Source: a virus | Lineage: Duplodnaviria; Heunggongvirae; Uroviricota; Caudoviricetes | Reading direction: 5' to 3' (one strand) | IMG/VR virus record: IMGVR_UViG_2529292985_000033 | Length of the DNA: 12,710 nt | In this document: in pieces, positions 7,716 to 12,710 of the stretch | How positions within the stretch are numbered: the stretch's first letter is position 1 | How the letters are laid out: the number at the start of each line of letters is the position of its first letter | Translations under genes and position numbers: made by a program | The notes under the pieces: generated by a model | The model's input: only the letters and a program-made list of their open reading frames with translations | Database searches by the model: none | Told to the model about the DNA's origin: nothing

Positions 7716-7720
7716 CAACA

Positions 7721-8542
7721 CTATCGCGTTACCCTCTTTAACTGCCGCTCCGCCCATGCCTCTTCAATGTCAAACCGAACCACCAACGTATCGTAAAAGC
7801 GTTTCACTGATTTTTTCCACGTATCAAGCGTGATAGCACTCGTCACTTTGCATATGGCATTAAATGCCTCCGTTGATGGTAGTCTTTCACAGCCACGACC
7901 ACCACAACGCTGGCAGTCTCTGATAACAGGCATACCACGTTTTACCGACTCTTCACGATGAATGGCGACACCACGCCCACGGCAATCCTTACAGGCGGTG
8001 GAAACCTCACCCTTTCCGCCACACTCCGGACAGGCAACTTTTACCACCTCCCTGACTTTTTTCCATTCTTCCCAGTAAGACGGATACACACCTTTCGTAC
8101 ACTTTGCCCATACCGGCGGCTTACCATCCGGATACTGGACCTTGTTTGTAAAAACTACGCTTTCAATAAATTTTTCCCCATAGCAACAAGGGCACTGCTT
8201 TTTACTCGCTGCGCTGCGGGCATAATCCTCAAAAGCGTACGAAGCCATAATGCGCATCACTACCGGTTTTATTTCTGCCGGAAGTTTTCTCAACGCCGCC
8301 ACACGATCGCACCGACTGAGTGCATAATCTGCCAGTAATTCTGTTGCCCGCGCCCTGTCATTCATACTGATGCCCATTTTCCCCAGGAACGCAGAAAACC
8401 CCATCTCAGCCCGATTCTGTGTCATGCCCTGCGCGGCCATCACATCAGTGATACTCAGCGCATCTTTTGACGTTGAGGCCGATACATCGGTCAGGCCAGG
8501 GGATTTTGGGGAGTAGTATTTCGGTAAATCTTCCAGTTTCAT
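7721..8542 (-). CDS. Probable late-gene antiterminator Q-like protein (273 aa) with four CxxC pairs (zinc-ribbon-like)
   Basis: Sits immediately upstream of the pR'/tR' pair and downstream of rusA, the canonical Q position. Contains CPCCYGEK, CPECGGKGE, CKDCRGRG and CQRCGGRGCE. Its start overlaps the rusA stop (ATGA). Assignment is by synteny, not sequence recognition. Confidence 0.55.
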   Translation of the reverse strand: MKLEDLPKYYSPKSPGLTDVSASTSKDALSITDVMAAQGMTQNRAEMGFSAFLGKMGISMNDRARATELLADYALSRCDRVAALRKLPAEIKPVVMRIMASYAFEDYARSAASKKQCPCCYGEKFIESVVFTNKVQYPDGKPPVWAKCTKGVYPSYWEEWKKVREVVKVACPECGGKGEVSTACKDCRGRGVAIHREESVKRGMPVIRDCQRCGGRGCERLPSTEAFNAICKVTSAITLDTWKKSVKRFYDTLVVRFDIEEAWAERQLKRVTR

Positions 8543-8913
8543 TTTTTGACCTGCTCTTCATGCATTATGGGGTAAATCTTCACCCCCATACGTCCACCAG
8601 ATACTGGCTGACCACGAACGATATTGATTTCATCAAACTGCTCATCGTCCATTAACACTCCCGCATGCGTCAGCGCATCCAGCGGTGCTTTCAGGATATT
8701 GTCCAGGTCGCGACGACGCTTATCCGGTGGCTCTGCAATCACCTTTATCGCCAGCCTTCCGGACAGGCTTAATTTCAGCCGCTGCTGGCGAACAATAAGC
8801 GCCACAGCCCGGCGATAACGCTTTCCCTCCTCCGAGATAAAATATGTGCTGCCACGGCGTCGCCAGTAAGTGTTCACCGTCGGCGGGTAAGGTAAAACCA
8901 AATCTATGAGCAT
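8539..8913 (-). CDS. rusA: RusA-family Holliday-junction resolvase (124 aa)
   Basis: …PPDKRRRDLDNILKAPLDALTHAGVLMDDEQ… resembles the conserved acidic catalytic region of K-12 RusA (…[30 protein letters not shown]…). Confidence 0.85.
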   Translation of the reverse strand: MLIDLVLPYPPTVNTYWRRRGSTYFISEEGKRYRRAVALIVRQQRLKLSLSGRLAIKVIAEPPDKRRRDLDNILKAPLDALTHAGVLMDDEQFDEINIVRGQPVSGGRMGVKIYPIMHEEQVKK

Positions 8914-8925
8914 CAGTCACCTCTT

Positions 8926-9972
8926 TTACCCAAGCACGCCAGTTGCAAAGGCGTGATCAAGAAAACGAAAAATTAAATCAACCTGAGAACCATGCTTTTC
9001 TTCGAACGCCAGAGGATCCGCATGAAGCTCGTTGTGATGCTCCCGACACAGCGGTAGCGTGAAAATATCGTGAGATTTTGTCCCCATTCCGCCCTGACCA
9101 TGACCAATCAGGTGATGGGGATCGTCGGCTGGCTTACCACAACACGCACACGGCTGTGTCTTCACCCAGCGTGTGTATTTCTCGTTAACCCAGCGGCGAC
9201 GTTTAGGTCGTTTCATGAAAGATTCCGGAGACTCAGGATCAACGGCAATGCTGACCACCGTCTCTTCCTGTGGCGGGTTTTGCTGGTGGGCGTGAGGCAG
9301 CGGCGCAAGATTTTTTGTGCGCTGCTTCAGTATGCTGGTGGCGGTCTGCTCTCCCGGTACGATGTCGCTTTCACGGTACATTGAGCGGATTTTTTCCGCA
9401 CGCAACCCCAGCGAACGACGTAATACCGCTTCCGGTAGCGCGTCCGCCACCTGATTGCGGACCGCCCACCAGGATAATTCAGCCAGCGATAATTCCCGTT
9501 CCTGCGAGCCATTCATTGCATGGCGTATGACGTCAATCATCCATGCAGACAGGTTTTGGTGAGCAAGTTGCCCGAGTGATTCGGAGGTCTGGTCGCGCAG
9601 CTGGTTGTCGCAGTGCCAGCACAACACCATTGCGCCGGTACCATAACGGTGAATGACGGTTTCACTGTGGTGATAATCGCCGTGTGGCCACTGGCAGGAT
9701 TTAACATGGCGCAGTAACCAGTCAGACAATGCGCCAGCGCCACCAGCAGCACGAATCACTCGTTCGTCGCTGAAAGATGGCAGTAATGATTTATCCTCCG
9801 CCAGCGGCTGGCGAACGGCAGGAACGACCCCGGACGGCAGATTACGCATGCTTTTCGGTTCCGGCTCCACCAGTACCCGGGTATTGTGGAATACCGGCAT
9901 GGATTCACGGCCCGGCTTAACGATCACCAGCCCGAGTTCCGGTACCAGAACAGGTCGAAGTAATACCCGCAC
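8926..9972 (-). CDS. YdfU-like prophage protein (348 aa) with C-terminal Cys/His cluster resembling an HNH/zinc-binding motif
   Basis: Length and position (upstream of rusA and Q in the nin-like region) fit the Qin-prophage YdfU family as I recall it. C-terminus has CACCGKP…HHLIGH…CREHHNELH. Confidence 0.6.
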   Translation of the reverse strand: MRVLLRPVLVPELGLVIVKPGRESMPVFHNTRVLVEPEPKSMRNLPSGVVPAVRQPLAEDKSLLPSFSDERVIRAAGGAGALSDWLLRHVKSCQWPHGDYHHSETVIHRYGTGAMVLCWHCDNQLRDQTSESLGQLAHQNLSAWMIDVIRHAMNGSQERELSLAELSWWAVRNQVADALPEAVLRRSLGLRAEKIRSMYRESDIVPGEQTATSILKQRTKNLAPLPHAHQQNPPQEETVVSIAVDPESPESFMKRPKRRRWVNEKYTRWVKTQPCACCGKPADDPHHLIGHGQGGMGTKSHDIFTLPLCREHHNELHADPLAFEEKHGSQVDLIFRFLDHAFATGVLG

Positions 9973-9973
9973 G

Positions 9974-10252
9974 TTATCTCCAGATGCGTTGCTGGTATGT
10001 GCGGGACAGACGCGGTGGGCGTTCGGAGTAAGGAAGCCTGACGGAGATTATCCAGTGACGGTAGTCGAGGCTAAGGGCTTTTTTAACCTCGCATCCGCGC
10101 CTGCGGTAACACTGAATGAGCCATTCGGCCTGTTCTTCAGTGCATGGGGGATGCTGGTACCAGTCTGACTTAAATGCGTGAGAATACCGCTCCTGCGTGT
10201 GGGCAAGAACGGTCGAATTATCATGTTTGTAATATTTTGCGTTGCGTGCCAT
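9974..10252 (-). CDS. Hypothetical prophage protein (92 aa)
   Basis: ORF with a GGAGAA SD about 6 nt upstream of the ATG at 10252, tightly packed against the downstream gene. No family recognised. Confidence 0.55.
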   Translation of the reverse strand: MARNAKYYKHDNSTVLAHTQERYSHAFKSDWYQHPPCTEEQAEWLIQCYRRRGCEVKKALSLDYRHWIISVRLPYSERPPRLSRTYQQRIWR

Positions 10253-10318
10253 CGGTTTTCTCCGGTGGCACGGTGTTACTCAGCGGGAGTTCAGCCCCGC
10301 GCAAGATTGTAGATGAGT

Positions 10319-10570
10319 TTATTCTTCTGAAAAAGCAGAAAAGCCAGCTTTTATTCCGATCTCTTTCAATACCTGTAATGAAGTGACAAACTCACCGTCG
10401 CGCAAGATAAATCCGTCCGTCACTCGGGCATCCACAAAATTAATTAACGCAGCCCCATTTTTTTGCAAACACACAATGCGGTAATGACTAACAATATTTC
10501 CATTTTCAACGCACACAGCATAGAGGCCATCTTCACAAAAAATTTTACGCAGTTCTTCGATGTTCATCAT
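10319..10570 (-). CDS. Hypothetical 83-aa protein; size and position between hokD and the ydfU-like gene match Qin-prophage rem
   Basis: GGAAGGA SD upstream of the ATG at 10570. Assignment rests on gene order and length only; I cannot confirm sequence identity to Rem. Confidence 0.5.
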   Translation of the reverse strand: MMNIEELRKIFCEDGLYAVCVENGNIVSHYRIVCLQKNGAALINFVDARVTDGFILRDGEFVTSLQVLKEIGIKAGFSAFSEE

Positions 10571-10686
10571 CAGAATCCTTCCGGATAATTAGCTCTCCCC
10601 TTTAAGGGACCATCCCTCTTATCCCTGCGCGCTACTTAAGTATTTTTGATTCTATTCCGGCACCGTCCAGAACTTCAAATGCGTTG

Positions 10687-10717
10687 AAAATAAAAACAAA
10701 AACCCGCCGAAGCGGGT
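10687..10717 (-). terminator. Intrinsic terminator at the 3' end of the hok mRNA (stem ACCCGC/GCGGGT, loop CGAA, then U-rich tract)
   Basis: Hairpin at 10702-10717 with a plus-strand A-rich run at 10687-10701. Confidence 0.55.
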
Positions 10718-10722
10718 TAAGT

Positions 10723-10736
10723 GCGGGTGCGTTGAG
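10723..10736 (-). promoter_or_regulatory. hok mRNA 3' fbi-like element, complementary to the predicted mRNA 5' end (11102-11114)
   Basis: Plus strand GCGGGTGCGTTGAG (10723-10736) matches the reverse complement of CTCAAGCACCCGC (11102-11114) except for one bulged base, giving a ~13-bp long-range 5'/3' pairing as in the hok fbi/tac architecture. Confidence 0.5.
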
Positions 10737-10786
10737 AATGCCTGCCACATCAGAGGTGGCGAGGGATTTCTCCCTCGCCGGGTCTC

Positions 10787-10942
10787 TTACTCCTCAGGTT
10801 CGTAAGCTGTGAAGACAGCGACCTCCGTCTGGCCGGTTCGGATTCGTACCTCGCAGAGGTCTTTCCTCGTTACCAGTGCCGTCACAATGACGGTTAAACA
10901 GATGACGATCAGGGCGATTAGCATCGCCTTTTGCTGCTTCAT
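10787..10942 (-). CDS. hokD: HokD (RelF) type I toxin, 51 aa
   Basis: MKQQKAMLIALIVICLTVIVTALVTRKDLCEVRIRTGQTEVAVFTAYEPEE matches HokD as I recall it. The track ORF extends 19 codons upstream in frame to 10999. Confidence 0.9.
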   Translation of the reverse strand: MKQQKAMLIALIVICLTVIVTALVTRKDLCEVRIRTGQTEVAVFTAYEPEE

Positions 10943-11118
10943 AGCCTGCTTCTCCTTGCCTTTCGGCACGTAAGAGGCTAACCTACGTGTGTAGAGCATA
11001 GATATGGCCTCAGATTAATGTTAAGCGTCTTGCCGGACGCGTAATGTTAACTGGGGCTTTTCTCTATCTGCCTTTTGGTGTTCATGCCTGAGACAGATAG
11101 CCTCAAGCACCCGCTGCA

Positions 11119-11146
11119 ATTCTACTTAACTCTCCTTTTCCCGCAA
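11119..11146 (-). promoter_or_regulatory. Candidate hok mRNA promoter (-35 TTGCGG, 16-nt spacer, -10 TAGAAT)
   Basis: Minus strand reads TTGCGGgaaaaggagagttaagTAGAAT. The predicted start near 11112 coincides with the tac-like element and gives a transcript of about 420 nt to the terminator. Confidence 0.45.
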
Positions 11147-11153
11147 ACCGTTT

Positions 11154-11237
11154 TTATCCCCAGCGGCAAATCGAATACACCACCAGCGCCACCGCCATCG
11201 CAATTCCTACCGTTGTTAATGCTTCAGGCCAGGTCAT
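11154..11237 (-). CDS. Candidate 27-aa hydrophobic peptide (MTWPEALTTVGIAMAVALVVYSICRWG)
   Basis: Its ATG overlaps the stop of the upstream 77-aa ORF (ATGA), suggesting translational coupling. It has a single predicted transmembrane-like stretch. It is below the ORF-track size cutoff and was found by manual translation. Confidence 0.3.
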   Translation of the reverse strand: MTWPEALTTVGIAMAVALVVYSICRWG

Positions 11238-11467
11238 CGTAAAATATCCTCCACGCTTATCAGTCCGTTCCGCTCCAGATAACTCATCGCCTTATCCGGT
11301 AATTTGCAGTCTGGCTTCGCTTTCCTCAGTTGCCAGGTTAACTGCTTTACCAGCATGGTTAACTCATCGACCAGACGCTGATATCCCACTGGTTTGTATT
11401 CATGCAATTTACCGGCTGGCTCTGCTGCCAGCGATACCAGTGCGATTTCCAGAACAGCAATATCCAT
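11234..11467 (-). CDS. Hypothetical 77-aa ORF (MDIAVLEIALVSLAAEPAGKLHEYK…ISVEDILR), possibly the 3' part of a gene interrupted by IS2
   Basis: The ATG at 11465-11467 lies 3 bp from the IS2 end with no SD. The track ORF starts 10 codons further upstream, inside IS2. No family recognised. Confidence 0.45.
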   Translation of the reverse strand: MDIAVLEIALVSLAAEPAGKLHEYKPVGYQRLVDELTMLVKQLTWQLRKAKPDCKLPDKAMSYLERNGLISVEDILR

Positions 11468-11481
11468 CTTTGGATTTGCCC

Positions 11482-12387
11482 CTATATTTCCAGACATCTG
11501 TTATCACTTAACCCATTACAAGCCCGCTGCCGCAGATATTCCCGTGGCGAGCGATAACCCAGCGCACTATGCGGATGCCATTCGTTATAATGCTCGAACG
11601 CCTCTGCAAGGTTCTTTGCTGCCGTTAACCCGTCTGGTTTGGGCATGATACTGATGTAGTCACGCTTTATCGTTTTCACGAAGCTCTCTGCTATTCCGTT
11701 ACTCTCCGGACTCCGCACCGCCGTGTTCTTCGGTTCAAGTCCCAACATCCGGGCGAACTGGCGTGTTTCATTAGCCCGGTAGCATGAACCATTATCCGTC
11801 AGCCACTCCACTGGAGACGACGGAAGATCGTTGCCGAAGCGGCGTTCCACCGCTCCCAGCATGACGTCCTGTACTGTTTCACTGTTGAAGCCGCCGGTAG
11901 TCACCGCCCAGTGCAGTGCCTCACGATCACAGCAGTCCAGCGCGAACGTGACACGCAGTCTCTCTCCGTTATCACAGCAGAACTCGAACCCGTCAGAGCA
12001 CCATCGCTGATTGCTTTCTTTCACGGCCACTCTGCCTGTATGTGCCCGTTTCGATGGTGGTACAGCAGGTTTTCGCTCAAGCAACAGCGCATTCTGGCGC
12101 ATGATCCGGTAAACACGTTTGGCATTGATCGCAGGCATACCATCAAGTTCTGCCTGTCTGCGAAGCAGCGCCCATACCCGACGATAACCATACGTGGGCA
12201 GCTCTCCGATAACATGGTGTATACGGAGAAGCACATCCGTATCATCAGTGTGACGACTGCGGCGGCCATCCATCCAGTCATCGGTTCGTCTGAGAATGAC
12301 GTGCAACTGCGCACGCGACACCCGGAGACAACGGCTGACTAAGCTTACTCCCCATCCCCGGGCAATAAGGGCGCGTGCGCTATCCAC
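11482..12387 (-). CDS. insD: IS2 transposase OrfB (InsD), copy 2 (E to G substitution relative to copy 1)
   Basis: 301-aa ORF identical to copy 1 except PKPDELT to PKPDGLT. Confidence 0.9.
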
Positions 12388-12710
12388 TTTTTTGCCCGTC
12401 CATATTCAACGGCTTCTTTGAGGAGTTCATTTTCCATCGTTTTCTTGCCGAGCAGGCGCTGGAGTTCTTTAATCTGCTTCATGGCGGCAGCAAGTTCAGA
12501 GGCAGGAACAACCTGTTCTCCGGCGGCCACAGCAGTAAGACTTCCTTCCTGGTATTGCTTACGCCAGAGAAATAACTGGCTGGCTGCTACACCATGTTGC
12601 CGGGCAACGAGGGAGACCGTCATCCCCGGTTCAAAGCTCTGCTGAACAATTGCGATCTTTTCCTGTGTGGTACGCCGTCTGCGTTTCTCCGGCCCTAAGA
12701 CATCAATCAT
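12345..12710 (-). CDS. insC: IS2 OrfA (InsC), copy 2; start codon is the last codon of the window
   Basis: 121-aa ORF identical to copy 1 InsC. Confidence 0.9.

Larger units (their letters stand above)
11471..12710 (-). mobile_element. IS2, second copy (first 1240 bp; continues past window end), same orientation as copy 1
   Basis: Collinear with 1568-2807 at a constant offset of 9903 bp, with two substitutions (1727 T vs 11630 C; 2155 C vs 12058 T). Confidence 0.95.

Noticed and set aside
7958-9530. Plus-strand ORFs antisense to the Q-like, rusA and ydfU-like genes (126, 62, 64, 104 and 86 aa), and the minus-strand ORFs at 8720-8920, 9327-9512 and 9537-9752
   Set aside because: They are alternative frames or antisense within well-packed minus-strand genes.
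9848-10386. 106-aa and 70-aa plus-strand ORFs
   Set aside because: They are antisense to the 92-aa and 83-aa genes, with no ribosome-binding sites.
10943-10999. 70-aa N-terminally extended Hok ORF (track 10787..10999)
   Set aside because: Hok proteins are about 50 aa and the recognised HokD begins at MKQQKAM (10942). The upstream in-frame start may be a mok-like regulatory start rather than the toxin N-terminus.
11471-12710. Second IS2 copy considered as a possible assembly duplication
   Set aside because: It differs at two positions from copy 1 and has different flanking sequence on its left side, so it is more likely a real second copy.

Overview
This window is an IS-scrambled accessory region of an Escherichia/Shigella-type chromosome, read by eye without any database search. 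(1) 1-966 is the 5' two-thirds of aldB (aldehyde dehydrogenase B), cut after codon 322 by a partial IS1 (967-1567), which is itself cut by a full 1331-bp IS2 (1568-2898). (2) 2899-11470 is an 8.6-kb fragment of a lambdoid prophage late-regulatory region (Stx-phage-like and Qin-like), with every gene on the minus strand. In transcription order these are: a 77-aa ORF abutting IS2, a 27-aa hydrophobic peptide, a complete hokD type I toxin locus, an 83-aa Rem-sized ORF, a 92-aa ORF, a YdfU-like protein, RusA, a Q-like antiterminator, a pR'-like promoter with tR'-like terminator, a small HTH-like ORF, a DNA methyltransferase, tRNA-Ile(CAU), tRNA-Arg(UCG), a truncated tRNA-Arg(UCU), and a nanS-p-like esterase. 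Between the tRNAs and nanS-p, where Stx phages carry stxAB, there is no toxin gene but an AT-rich ~1 kb segment with an opposite-strand 111-aa ORF; this is the best candidate for undescribed cargo. (3) 11471-12710 is a second IS2 copy in the same orientation, differing at 2 positions from the first and running off the window. No CRISPR array, rRNA, integrase, lysis or structural genes were seen.
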